DNA of 64,000 nucleotides, taken from positions 19,691,936 to 19,755,935 of the forward strand of contig CM119269.1 in assembly GCA_051294375.1 (NCBI GenBank), written 5' to 3'. Positions 12,043-51,884 of the stretch are shown here, one piece after another. The position numbers and the translations under genes are program-made. Under the pieces are notes generated by a model. The model was not told where the DNA came from. It did not search any database and was given only the letters and a program-made list of their open reading frames with translations. Position 1 is the stretch's first letter; the number at the start of each line of letters is the position of its first letter. The stretch is from Paraspadella gotoi. Taxonomy: Eukaryota > Animalia > Chaetognatha.

Positions 12043-14141
12043 TCAGAGGTCAGTGTTTGGTTTTTTCAGTGAAAAAACGATGGTTAATACTCTGAAGCGA
12101 TATGCTATAAAACTAGCCAGTATCATATAAATGAATGGATAATTTTTATATTGGTTGTATCAATTTCATAAAGATATCAGCTAATTCGGCTAAAACTCTT
12201 GTGAATAGATTATCATTATAAGATATGAACTGTAAGGATAAATTTAGCCACATCAATTTAATAAAAAAAAAGAGATTTTTTTTTCTCTAATATCTATAAT
12301 GTCCGCTTTACACGTGATGGTAATCTTTGAATAAATTAATTATTCTAGCTTTCGATGCGTTTATCGTTAATATTTATAACCAGCCCTTGCGAAATGCCGG
12401 TTGAATTCAACGCTGGCCAGATGTTTCCTAAAAAGCTTCCTCTCAGTACATTACAAGACATTATATTTTTTTATAATAAACTCTTTTACATATTTTCTCT
12501 GTACAATAGAAATGATCGGCTCGGTGGATGGACCAATCAGAGGACAGCCACAGGAAGAGCAATTTTCCTCAAATGACAACGACGACAACGACGACAACAA
12601 CGACGTCAAAGGTAAGTTTGGGGAAAGTTGGAAAATGATTTTACTAATTGGCGCATTTAGAATTTGAGTTTAAAGCGTATCTTCTTTTTTCAAGAAAACG
12701 AAACTAAGTTAGACGGTAGATACGATATTTAAGATTGGTTAAATGGCAAAGTTCTTCGTTCTTTATTATCACATTGAGTCCCAGGGGGACATTTTTTGAC
12801 CTTACCCCATTTTCTTCAGCGCGGGAAAGATGAGTAAGGGGAGAGGAGGAGAAGGAATAAGCGCCTGGGGTGAAAGAAATGAGAGAAGCTACGTTAAATG
12901 GTTGACGGGGTGACGGGGTGACGGGGTGACGGGGTGTCGGGGTGACGTCTCTCACTTTCCCTTTTTTGATTGGATAACGAGCGGACGACGGGGAATTTTT
13001 TTTCTTTTTGCCTCTCGGGAAAAATTAATGGAAAATTAATTCAAAATTTTCGAACGAACGGTGAACGTTATTTTAAAAAAAGAAATTCTAGAAAAAGAAA
13101 AAGATTTTTGTCAGTTACAAAAAAAAAAGGGAAAAAAAGTGGGCTGCGTTTTAAATTTCGCGCAAAGGATCACGAACCTTTGATAACTCATCCCTCAACC
13201 TTTTGATCTTCGGTTAAAAAAACGAGGGATGAAAAGATGGGGCGAGGTGTTTTGAAAGGGGAGAGGTGGGAAAGAGAGATGTGCGATGGGATGCAAGAGA
13301 GGGTCGAAAAGGGAAGAAAAAGAAAAGGGAAAATGAGTGGGAGAGGAAGGGAGAAGAAGAAGAACAAAAAGAATAAAGCAAGGATTTGAATTTATATGTA
13401 CTAAAGGGAGGAGAAGAGATAAAGCAGAATAAAGGGAGGAGAAAAACTGAGAACACCATGCCGCTTTGGAGGAAAATCTTATATGTAATTCTCTAGGGAT
13501 TCATGAGATGAAAATTAAAGGCGAACGTCAAAACAGTGAAAGCGGAAATGGTTATATATTGGGTAAAGTGAGAGAAAAATTTAATGGAGATTTAATGTCA
13601 TTGGTACAAGGGGAGAAATTAAAACTCAAGATGAAAGCAAAGGTATAACACATCGCAGACCCTTCGATCTTTTTTCACTTAAAATTCCCATGAGAAAAAC
13701 ATTGCCAAAAAACTGAAAAACCAAACTAAAAATATTAAGAAAAAAGAAAGAAAAAAAAAACAAAACAAAAAACCAAAAACAAAAAATAGGCAGATATTCG
13801 AGAAAGTTTTCCCGGATTACCTCCATCGAATCGTGTGATCTTTTGTTTTTTGACAACGATAACCCAATTCTGCCTCAGTTCTAATTTCTCTAAATTAAGT
13901 AATTGTTTCATAATGAAATACAATGATTGAACCAACCCATTTTTTTACTTTAAAACAGCTAAAAAATCACCTTTGAAATATTTTTAGATGCACCGCTTTC
14001 TGTTATTGGTCGATTACTGACGTATTATTGACAAGATCGTGCCATAGATAACTAGACATAGTGCTTATTGTTTTTATCTTTTTACTCTTAAAAGCATCTT
14101 TCAGAGAAAGGAAGAGACGAGAGAGATCACAGAGAGACGAG

Positions 14142-14172
<31 letters not shown>

Positions 14173-14449
14173 GAGGAAGAGAAAGAGGAGAGACGAGAGA
14201 GAGAGAGAAAGAGAGAGAGAGAGAAAAAGAGAGACAGAGAGAGAAAGAAACGCTTTTTTTGATTCCCGGAACGAAATAGTAAGTAATCTTGAGATACTTT
14301 ATCTCTGGTAAAAAGCTGAGAGACACGTTAAATCGAAAGATTACATGAAAACTTGCTGATGTTGTTGTTACCATTATAGTTTCTGTTTTTGTCAAAATTT
14401 ATTAAAATTACGTCTCATTCGCGACACAGAAATCCGATGTTGGCGATGA
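2855..14449 (+). CDS. Putative multi-exon gene of unknown function (model incomplete)
   Basis: Exon-like islands with splice signals at ~3175-3297, 3365-3405, ~5518-5738 and ~5872-5961, then phase-compatible 6299-6402 (GC donor), 6630-6687 (gtgagt donor), 12510-12611 (gtaagt donor) and 14430-14449 (stop). The 5' half could not be joined without ambiguity, and one candidate frame has a TGA near 3011. Confidence 0.3.
4233..4492 (+). mobile_element. tRNA-derived SINE-like element, family A
   Basis: A-box-like TGGCTGAGCAGG and B-box GGTTCAATCCC. Collinear with a reverse-oriented copy at 31160-31400. Confidence 0.8.
4760..4930 (-). mobile_element. SINE-like element, family B (5'-truncated, internally deleted copy)
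   Basis: The reverse complement aligns with ~27360-27610 (shared tatattc..accgcctcac, cttccctctg.gttggcaaag, gagggtcggaagc, gccaacagtg, gggcatcacaggcaacccggc). Confidence 0.75.
6845..6950. repeat. AT-rich interspersed repeat fragment
   Basis: Shares ttttcgca..gcccatat..atagtactcaccatagaaa...agttttgaaag with 60500-60600. Confidence 0.6.
8370..10932 (-). CDS. Monocarboxylate transporter-like MFS protein (SLC16 family); last exon disrupted (pseudogene or assembly errors)
   Basis: Exons 10932-10865 (MTDLDGGVVAWLAIL, resembling the MCT DGGWGW motif), 10799-10645, 10318-10199 (LYFTYGFFQG), 10102-9649 (NKRFERRRALANAIVLSG, resembling YFxKRRxLANG; AGLLCRP; spans the N gap), 9294-9166, 9082-8927, 8645-8370. 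The first six are phase-consistent. The last has an in-frame TGA and apparent indels. Confidence 0.8.
11050..11230 (+). repeat. Locally duplicated ~120-bp unique segment followed by a (GA)n tract, copy 1
   Basis: aaaaatcacctttgaaatatttttagatgcac...ttactcttaaaagcatctttcagagaaa recurs at 13960-14110. Confidence 0.85.
11555..11899 (+). mobile_element. Helentron-associated non-autonomous element (HINE/DINE-1-like)
   Basis: T-rich start, 5' stem AGTTGCCCCGC...GCGGAGCAACT, GTCY-like microsatellite core, 3' inverted subterminal motif GCGGCGCAAC, end in TTCTTGTTT. The block AAAATGCTCATAACT is shared with ~38030. Confidence 0.6.
13960..14250 (+). repeat. Locally duplicated segment plus degenerate (GA)n, copy 2
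   Basis: Near-identical to 11050-11170 apart from an insertion of about 25 nt. Confidence 0.85.
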
Positions 14450-15322
14450 CCCTGAAGAAGTTGAGGATCTTATTTATCGGGACTTCACAATGAAAACAAA
14501 GATGATGATGACAATGATGAAGTTGATGATAATAATGAGAATGACGACGATGATGATGACGATGACTACCATCGCGATCTGGTTCGCCCAGAAAATCATA
14601 TGTGAAACAAAAAAACAAAAAAACAAAAAACAAAACAAAAAACCAAAAACTCGAAAAGTGAAATATAAGAATGAAATGAGGTTATGATCAGAAAAAATGA
14701 GAAAAGTGAAATTGTCTAGCGAAGAAAGTGGATGATGCTGATAATAACTGGATAGCAACAAAGTGAACACAAAAAAAACCAAAAAAAACTACAGTAAAAT
14801 AAATCTAGAATCTATGTTTTGTTACTCTTGATGACACGAATTAAGAATACATTTAAATAATGAAAACGTTTGCACAGCGTCTGTTGCAAAGATAGCTATT
14901 GGTGAACCGAAGAGCGAAACAGTGCAACGCCCTCCTTAATAATCTCGACAAAAGTGAACGATAACAACAACAACGATGAAAACAATAGCTAAGTAATTGA
15001 CAAAAAATCATCGAGAGAGAGAGAAGAAGAGGAGTAGAGAGAGAGCGATGAGAGAGAGGGGAGATGAGAGAGAGAGAGTGAGAGAGAAGAGAGAGAGAGA
15101 GAGAGATTTGACTGCTAAAGTTTGAAAATATTCATCGCAATAAATAAGTGTAATCGGCGATCGACGAAGAATACGACGACGACGACGACGAAGATGACGA
15201 TAACGATGACGATGGCGACGACGACGTCGATCATGGGCTCTTATCATCCCCATACCTCTCGATTCTCAACACTTTTTTCCCCATGTTTTTCAATTTGCGA
15301 TCGAAAATCGAAAACGTGGGGG

Positions 15323-15385
<63 letters not shown>

Positions 15386-16667
15386 AAATTAAAAAACAAA
15401 AATTTATTTGATTAAATTGTTCGCTACATTGACGAATCATTGAAATTTAAACATTTTTTGTGCTCGTTTCTGTTGTTTTTCTCTCGTCTATTAATCAATT
15501 CTAGATATTATCGATTCAAGATATTTCTAGCTATATTTATCTTTAAATGATAGTTTTTCTATTTTTTTATTTGCTGAGTCTCGAAAAGTACACAATTCCG
15601 TGGATTTCCCGTTTCTCCTTATCTCCATTTATTATTAATATAAATATATACAAGTCCAACTTCGTAGCAAAATTCTTTTTTTCCTTGAGCGTTGGGGCCA
15701 CGGGTCATGGGGCCGGCCTCACAACATGCTTTTGAGGTTCTCCGTCAACGGGCCACCTTCCAGTCCATTCTGTCGAAAGAATAAAAAAAAAGAAAAAAGA
15801 AAAAGGCCAAAAAAGAAGAACGGAGTGCGAATATGATTCGGCACGAATAAATCAGGTGCCCAGAAATACAATCCGGAATTATTTTAAGCCTTTTACTTCT
15901 TTTACTTCGTCGTCGTCTGTTCATCGGTGGTTCCGCCTCCCATCGGGTCCTTTTCACTTGACCCGGTGAGGTCAAGGAAGAAGACGAACACAAAGACGAA
16001 AAACTGGACGATGACGACGATAACGAAGATGAATACGAAAAAGGACGACGACAACGACGACGACGACGAAACGGAAAAGAAAAAAGCCGCTAAAAAATCA
16101 TGATGATTTTTTTCAGTTGTTCGCGTTTCTTGCTTTGTTTTCCGACTTTCTCTATCTCTCTCTTCTATTTAATATATAGGTTTTATTCACAGAAAAAATC
16201 TAGGTGTTTTGATGTCTTTGATGTCTTCGTTGTCGTCTTTTGTTTTGGTTCGCGATTTTTTTTCTCCGATTGACTGCATCTGAAAATTGAAATTTAAAGT
16301 TTTTCCCTAAAAAACAAAAAAACAAAAAAATCGAGTTCATCGGAAAAAAATTATTTTTGAAATATAATTTTGAAAACAGAACAACTTTCTCGTTTTCTGT
16401 GGCGCAATGAGTGGAAGAAGAATAAACTGGAAGTGAGAAGTGGGTTTCGGGTGGAACAAAAATTATTACGTCGAAAAAAAAAAAATCAAAACAAAACGGA
16501 AATTCGATGCGACAACAAAATGAGTTTTCGAATTGGGAAATATTGTTTCTTTTCCCTGCTCCTTATACACTTACTGTTAACCCTACCCGGTGTTTAATTT
16601 AAAATACTCGCTTATCTATTTTTTTTTGAAGAAAAAATAAACACAAAAACAAAACAATTAAAGAAAG

Positions 16668-34873
<18,206 letters not shown>

Positions 34874-36283
34874 ATCCAACAACAAAATCTCCGAGAACAA
34901 CAAGAGAAGAACTCGCATTTGTAAACACAGAATGATATAAAAGCAAGACACATAATTGCCGTCCTTAGCAAAAGAAACTAATTGCTATGAAAAAATGAAC
35001 AAAAAAAAAAACACAATTTCATGATGTATTAAGATAAACTTTGCTTTGGAGTGATCTTATTCCGAGGTTAAAACCATGAATCTAAAGAAGTATGAAATAT
35101 GTAAACTTCCTTCGGTCAGTATTACATTAGTTACTGATCGTCCGTATTTCCCATTGAACTCGTCATTATAAAAGTATGAAACATATGGGCTGGTAAGATT
35201 TCTTAGTTTAAATAAAAATGATTTATTATTATGACAGACCAATAGACCGACGGACAGACCAAGCAAGGAACCGATTAATCGACCGACCGACCGACACCCA
35301 AGTCTTTTATAGACTGGCTTTCCTATTTAAAGATAGTGTAGGAAATTATAATTAAAAAAATGAGCTAGTTTTTTTTTAGAATATGGTTGTTACCAAACAA
35401 AGATTTAAAATCTGGGTTTGGTGAAGTCGACTTCCTTCATTGACTTGTTTGACTCGGAGAACATTAATATTAAAATTGTAATGCAATGCCCGACTACAAA
35501 ATGACATGGTCGAAAAAGAAGATGAACCTATGCAACTTTTATTTTTCTTGCTCTTATCTTTATTTTGAAAGTGCCACTTAAAATAATTATCGATAGTTCT
35601 TATTAGTTAGTCGATTTTATGTCATTTTTGTTGTCCATAGTTCGGGAACATTCAACTAAGATTTTTTTAATTTTTTTTTTAATTAAAAAGATAAGAATTG
35701 TTTTCTTTTTCTCTTTTGGGAAAAATTTAATTGAAGTCTCTTATGGAAAAGTGGAAACTGACGCCTTTACCAAATCTCTTGTGACCGAAAGAAAATGATT
35801 AACATATTTAGCTAAAGCTTATGTTTTCTACCGAAAAAACGGACGGATACAATAAGAAAATCCTTGTACGCTTTTGTATTTTTGTGGAATGTTTTAACAC
35901 TTCATAATGAAGTCAAAGCGCGAAGAAAGAGGTAATTCAATGAGCGGTGGGCGGGGGATTCATAATTTTTATTCGTCTCTTTCACTGTTGAAAGTTTCGA
36001 AAATGTCACAAGAACCTAATGGCTAATTTTGTACGATGTTCACGATATGTATAAATTTTAAGAAATTTACCTTCTCCTCAGATCGCTTGCATAGAATAAT
36101 AAAGACGTTTTTTCATGATTTAAACAAAAACCAACGGTCTTTTTATTATTTTAAAAGCGACTATTAATCAGACAAGTTAGACGGGTTGAAACGAGCGGAA
36201 CGAAATTTAAAATAACCAAGTTTTTCTTCGGATTCGAAATATCGAAAAACCTATTAATGCCAATAATATTGGGCAGCGCGACG

Positions 36284-36335
<52 letters not shown>

Positions 36336-36394
36336 ACGCCCCATTTTATCTTAAATTTAGAATTAGATAAATTTGTTTAATTAAAAATTAAAAT

Positions 36395-36600
36395 AAAGTT
36401 AAGGTTAAATATTAGATTAGTAATTAGATTAGTGGTTAAAGTTAGGGACTTAGTTTGTAATTACAGTTAAGAATTTAAATTAAGGACTAGTATTTATATT
36501 ATGGTACAAAATCAATGGTCAAGGTTTAAGATTAGGTTAAGCTTAGGAAATAGGGTTAGGGATCAATTTACTAGTTTAAAATTAAATTTAGGTTAAATAT
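36395..36600. repeat. Degenerate TTAGG/TTAGGG-like tract
   Basis: Repeated ttaggttaa, gggttaggg and gttaaggttaa units between the DYRK and SLC37 genes. Confidence 0.5.
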
Positions 36601-37328
36601 TTAGATTCAAACTAAATTCTGGGAAAAACGAACAAAAAGGCGCCACTCTGGAAAAAAAAAGGCCATCCAATTTTCATCGGTCTTTTGATATTGAAATCTG
36701 GAGAGAGACGAGACGAATCATTGGTCCTGATTTTTGACCCATTACGTAACGTCTTTGCTGCTTCGAAAACCCGTTTTAGGAATTTCTGATGGATATTTTT
36801 GGATGATACAGTTTCGAAAGACTAAAAAAAAATCTTATTCTTTTAGAAGCACCAGTTCGACGTTTGAGTGAGAGTAAACAATCTCTCACACACTATCTCT
36901 CAATCACAGATTTTTAGTTAGATTAATAAAAAAAAATCAGACAGTAAACAATTTTCAGCTACGATTTACGTCCAAACAAATTATAAAATCAAGTCTCGGC
37001 CAAATTGTTCATTTTAATTTTTTTTCAATCGAGAATTTCTCGTTTGTCCGTCGAATCCTTCAATTCAAAATTTAAAATCCTGTATTAATCCTCAACAAAA
37101 AAAAAAATTTTACATTCCATTCAGGAGCAAGTCCAAGTGTCATTCAAATGCTGTTATTTTTTTTTGATAGTAATTCATAATTCAATAATTCATTCTCTTT
37201 TGTATGCTGCAAAAGAGAATGAATTATATAAACTTTATGAAAATATATTTATATTGCAGTTGTATGTATGTAATCATATTCCTCAATATGAATGTGTTTC
37301 GTATTCTTTTATTCAGATAATAGTGACA

Positions 37329-45891
<8,563 letters not shown>

Positions 45892-46119
45892 CTTCAACTT
45901 GATTTACTGAATTTGTTGTGTTTACATTATTTATAGTTGAAATTTAAATTATGGTAATTAACCTAATTTATAAATAAATAAAAAAGTTGTCCTTGTTTTT
46001 GTTATCAATTTTGATTGGTAGTGGGTAGTCCCTGAGACTATGGAGATTCTATTAACTATTACAGTAATTATTAAGTTTTGGTTTTATTTATATTCGCTTT
46101 TCGCCACATTTTTTCGCCC

Positions 46120-46312
46120 AGGATATGAGGGATGAGGTTATTTACTAGGATAGAGACTTCGGTTAGGAATTCGGGCTCGGGATTAGACTTTGGCAAAGGG
46201 TTTAAGGTTAGGGAATAGATTAAGTAATCATAGATTATGGAAAGATATTAGGGTTGAAATTTAGTCTAGGATTAGGAACAGTAATGGGGCGCTTTCGGAA
46301 AAAAAAATGGCC
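46120..46312 (-). repeat. Degenerate telomere-like tract with a gggcgctttcgg-An-tggcc end, between convergent genes
   Basis: Reverse-complement counterpart of 27612-27775. Confidence 0.6.
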
Positions 46313-46500
46313 CTTTTTTTAATGACGTACTGACATATTTTTTAAATACATAGTAAATAAAAAAATAAAAAAAGAATGTTCGTCAGACTGAATTCCGAGT
46401 TGAACGATTATTTAAAGATGAGAATGATGTGAGTTATATGACTTTCTTGGTCACTTCTGCTTGATATTTCGCTTGAAAAAAAAAATCCTAACAATAATTT

Positions 46501-46764
46501 TCAAAAGATGAGTCCAGTTTTGCGAAAATTGGGTGCGTAGCGGACGAAGTCTCTCCACGGGCTGCAGTGGACCAGTTCCGAGGTTTTGCAAACGCCGTCG
46601 TCAACGTCGAAGAGAAAACCTAAAGGACGAAAAAATGAATAAAAAAGAAAAAAAATATTAATTAGACGAATAAATAAAATTAAAACCTTCCAAAACGAAC
46701 GAGAAAATCATTCTTACTGCTATTTGCGAATTCGGTGAGCCTCAAACGATCAACGATTATTTTA

Positions 46765-46831
<67 letters not shown>

Positions 46832-47244
46832 TCTTGACTCAATAGACAAATGACGGCAGTACATTTGTACATTTGTAATCGATGTAGTTTCCGACAAATG
46901 TCATCGTTTTCGTTGCTCTTTTTCACATTTTTTTCGTTTCTGTCGCTGGTTTATCTTTCTTTTTTTTTATCCGTAAAAAAGAATGGATTCCGATTCTTTG
47001 TCTTTCACCCTCGAAATATATAGTAATAAAAGTAAGTATAAACAGTAAACAAAATAAAAGATGCAGTCTTTTTCGAACAAGTCCGCGCGGAAAAAAAAAG
47101 CCGAAAGGTCGTCACTCCGTTGGCCCCTCGAGTCTATCTTCACATCGCGAACGAAACGACGAAATGATCCGGTCAAAAGGTCAACGGAAGACCCGAGATT
47201 GAACGCAATCGCGGCCTGGATGTTTCGTGAAATATATGTTTTGG

Positions 47245-47288
<44 letters not shown>

Positions 47289-48900
47289 TATTTTCTCCTT
47301 TAAAAATATCCGCGGAATGCTCGTTTGCATGATTGATTTGTCAACTGGATGGTTGACCCTCTTTTCGTTTTGTGGTCGTTGACCTTTGCCAGAAAACTGA
47401 CTTTTTTGATGGAATTATTTTACCTTAACTGATATTGGCCGACTGAAAGTCATGACTGATCGATCATTTGATATCATTTATCACCGAGAAAATGTATCAC
47501 CTGTCTCACGCGCCTGGCATTAACTCTTCCTATAACCAGAAATTTGCCTGATAAAATTTTTTCTTTTTTTTGTTTGTCGTATCTTAACAGTTGGTGCGTC
47601 TTCCACCATTACTCAGCTTTCAGAATAACATATACGATGCTACTTATTTTGTCTTTTTTTTCGACTATTTTTCATTTCACTCAACGCGATATTTACAGAG
47701 CGTCTCAAGCGTACTGTCACTTTACAAATGAATTCAGTTATAAAAAATGCATTTACTGTCCTCGTTGGATCCAGAAGTTCTTACAGTTTTATATGATATC
47801 TTTTTTTTTTTCTCAATTTTGAAATATTCAAATCTTTCTAAATACCCTTAGGATTTTTTCAGCTATTTGATTACACAACACTACGGTATAATGATGGTCA
47901 CTGGCCTTTTCTGACAGATTTTCTCCATAGTCCTTCCAGGTTTGTATGGTTTTAATCAAAAAATTGTAACGGATATGCAACTGGTTTAGAAAATAGTTTT
48001 AGTAGTAAAATGTACTATATGCATTTTACATCATATGCTGAGTCATAGCATAATATATGTGTAGCATTTATCACTTTCCTGAAAGTAAATTTTCTTTACA
48101 ATCATTCTTTGCATATTCTCTTCATTATCATCATCATTAATTATTACTAATCACAGAAATCTTAGGTAACGGCACAATAAACATAGTGACTTACTGTAAT
48201 TTAACATGAACATTTTTTTTACCGAAAGGACAATTTTAAAAATTTAATATCACCTACATTTTGTGATCAATTGTCAAACCAAAAAAAAAGTCATGAACTC
48301 ATTTTTCTGGTGGTTTTTTCAAATTAATTATTCACCTCATCAAGTTTACTGAGCGTACATTCATGACAGTACACTTGAGACACTCTGTACTTTGCTCTTA
48401 TCTCTCAAAAAGACGCAGGTTTTTGCAATGAATGGAGAAATGATTAATTAATCTCGGAAAGGCCGTAGCGGTTAGCGTCGTCGTTGGCGTCGTAGTTGTC
48501 GCTTCCGGCGTCGTTGTAGTTGACGCCGCTTTCGATTTTTTAAACTTAAAACGCGTTCGTGTAGACGAGAGACGTCCTTATTTTTCGAACAGCAGATTCG
48601 TCGTCATCGTCGTCGTCTTTTTCACGTGTCATATTATGATTATCTGCTCGCAGCCCTGGACTCGGAGGAAAAATACAAATCGAAAGAATGAAAAAAAAAA
48701 TGGGGCCAGGCTAAAAAAAAAGGAAAAGAAAGAAATAAAAAATAAAGAAAGAAAGAAAGAAAACAAGTTATAAAGAAGAAGCTTTCGCAAAATTAAGAGA
48801 TAGAGGTAAACAGTTGAACATGTGTAATTACGTAATCTCTCTCAATCTCTCTCTCTCTCTCTCTCTCATCTCCTTCTCGGTCTCTCTTCTCTCCTCTCTC

Positions 48901-48935
<35 letters not shown>

Positions 48936-51031
48936 GTTTCCACCTGGTAAGCATTGCATATGGATCGCCTTTCCTTTGTCGCACGAGTAGAAATATTCAC
49001 ATCCTTTTGGGTCCATGTAATTTCCGTCTTTTTTCCGAACGCAGAATTCTGCAGGATAGAAAATTAAATCTGGGAGAAACTTTCATAAAATCTTATAAAT
49101 TATGAAGTCGCGTAATTTATCAAGTCGGGATCTTGCCTATCATTTCTCATGTCTGTTCGCTCTACTTTAATTTCTACCAAATCATCATCATACTTTAGTC
49201 AAACCCCTGTCTTCCAAACTCACCATCTTTCTTTTCGCATTTGACTTTTGCCGGCCAATCGCAGGAGAGAATTTTTTGGTTCCAGTGAAGCCCACTCGGA
49301 CAAGCGTACCTAAACGGTGCGAGAGAGTCGCGGTCAAAATTTCCACTGACAATAATATTTTTCTGTAATTGTGGAGACTTTTAACAAAGGAGGCGGATTT
49401 TATTTTGTAAAAACACAAGGTGGCGTCACATCGTTAAGCTTTCTTCTTCAATGAAAAAGCGACAACGGCGATTAATATCAACAAGAACCATCTAAGATGA
49501 AAGACAGCGTCAACAACTCACAAACTGAAATTCATTTTTCATGATTTTGTCACCAAAAGTTAAACATCCATTTTATAACTCTCCCTTCTTCTTCTTCTTT
49601 TTCTTTTTTTCTTTTTCTTTTTCTTTTTCTTTTCTCTTTTCTTTTTATTTTTTTTTTTTTTTTTTTCTATCTTTCTTCTTCTTTTCTTCTTCTTCTTCTT
49701 CTTCTTTTCTCTTCTTCTTCTTCTTCCTTCTCCTTCCCCTTCTCTTTTCACCTGATGAACTTGTAATGGAAACACCGATAAAAGCCGCCGCAGGAATTTT
49801 CGTCGGGGTAATAACCGAAGGCGCCGGGACACGAAAACCGGCGTTCTTTTTCGGCGCTTCGAACGACGCCGCCGACGGGCCGGAACCGAGGCTTGACGGC
49901 GACCGGAGAAGAAGACGACGGAGGCGGAACGGGTTGCGCCGGCGGCCGCGTCGGCGTCGGGGTCCGCGTCGGCACCCTCTCAGCCGGTGCACGTTTGACC
50001 GCCCGTTCGACGTCCGCGCGAGAAAATGTGACAGGAGATTCGCGAAGGATTTCCCTGTCGAAAATGAAGTCGATTAGATGGGTGAGGTGCAATTTTATTG
50101 GGTGAGTGAGCTCGAATATTTATGAAGTTAAGGTCGAATTTGATTGGCTGAGTGCGATGGGTGGGTAAGCCGGAATAAGTTAAACACCATCCGGTTACTG
50201 AACAAAAAATTTATTACCTTAGGCCGACTTTCCCATGTGTTTTAATTTTATTTTTATAAGGTAAGCTCATGAGCTTTGGAATTTTAAAATTTAGAAACAT
50301 TTACAATGATTAACATGATTAAAACTGAAATAACCCTTTCAATTTGCCTACAAAATTTCTCGACTGGTTTTTAGACTCGTCCTAACTTTTTCCCCTCGAA
50401 TTTATTTTGTTTACTAATTAATTTTTATTGCGGGCAAAAAAAAATTCATGCGCCAGAATATTGAGTTAGAAAGAACTGAAGGCCGAGAACATGAATAATT
50501 GATGTGATAAAAACTGAAAAGAAAGAAAGAAAAAAAAGGGGGAAAAAAAGAAAGAAAAGCAAGAAAGAATAATAAAGAAAAAATAGAGAAAGAAATAAAA
50601 AAATTAAAAAAATGAAAAAGAAAGAAAAAAAAAGTCACTCACCCCGCTTTCGTCGTTGTCTTGGGTTCAAAGGTCATGGCGCCAAAAAAGTTATCGATGT
50701 AGTAGATTCTTTTGTTGAGTTCGACGGGAAACGCGGCGCCGACTGAAAAAGTGAACAAACTAGAAATGAGAAGTAATTTAATTAAAAAAAAAAGTATGTT
50801 GATAATGATAATGATTATGATATTTGTTGAAAGATTATTTGTTCAGATGCTGGTGATAATAATTATGTTAATGACGATTATTATGATGATGATGATGATG
50901 ATGATGGTGATGATGACGATGAAATGATGATGATGATGAAGATGATAATTATGATATTGCCAATACTCTTCACCTGTAATGATCCAAAATGCCGAAATTG
51001 CGGTGAAACTCGAATTCCTTCGTTTGTTCAT
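46501..51031 (-). CDS. Probably secreted protein with two chitin-binding type-2 (peritrophin-A/CBM14) domains
   Basis: Exons 51031-50974, 50742-50643, 50054-49752, 49309-49224, 49048-48944, 46619-46501 (TGA). Domain 1 is C-x12-C-x5-C-x9-C-x12-C-x7-C (SCPGAFGYYPDENSCGGFYRC...CPSGLHWNQKILSCDWPAKVKC). Domain 2 is C-x13-C-x5-C-x9-C-x12-C-x7-C. The N-terminus is basic then hydrophobic, followed by a Pro/Thr linker. Confidence 0.9.
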
Positions 51032-51800
51032 CGTATAAGTCTGACAATTTCAAAAAGCTTGAATGAAAAACATTTTTAATAATTTTTTTTTTCCGTTTAA
51101 AATTAAAAATTTTTCAAAACTAATTGGGTGTCTCCCATTTTTTTTTTAAAAAAGAGCGTTTTATAAATAAATTCAAAAGAAAATATTTAACTATTTGTTT
51201 CTTTTCCTTGGCGCGTAAAAAATTCCCAGAATCTTAAATTACAGTTCCATTTTTCCTTCTTTCTATGTCTCTATCTCTGTCGCTCTCTTTCCTTCTTCTC
51301 TCAATCAAACTTATACCGACTTCCATTCCCTATCACTCTCTCGCTCTGGAATTTTCTAGATTTAAGTTTAAATCCCGCGAGTCGCATTTTCCGCAATTTC
51401 CTTACCTTCCGATAATTACCCGTCCAGGAGCGCTCGCTTTAATATTTCTTAATTTCTTTTTTTCTTTCAAATGTTTTTTTTTTCTCCAATTTTATTTCCG
51501 ACGAATTTAAAAGAGGGAAGACCGCCTTTTTCCATTAACCCTCTAATGAAGGGCTCTCACTCACTCTCTCTCCGACTTTCTCTCTTTTTTTCCAATTTTC
51601 GCGAGACGAAAAAAATAAAATTCGAAATTTAAAACTCGGCGGAGGAAAAGTAAGGTAATGGAATCCGAAGTAAAGACTTACCATTAAGCACCTCACCTTT
51701 TATCTCTCTTACCTCCTTCCCCTTTCCCAACCCCCACTTAAATCTGTCCCCTTGTTTAACGCCTCGCGACCACAACTTTTAAAATTCGCCTCATCTCCCC

Positions 51801-51839
<39 letters not shown>

Positions 51840-51884
51840 TCTCTCTCTCTCTCCTCCCCCCAACGTCGATTGTTTACCCCGAAC

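Noticed and set aside
14430-14605. Asp-rich or Met/Thr-rich reading frames
   Set aside because: Degenerate (GAT/GAC)n repeat. The phase-compatible frame stops at 14449, so this is probably 3' UTR or non-coding.
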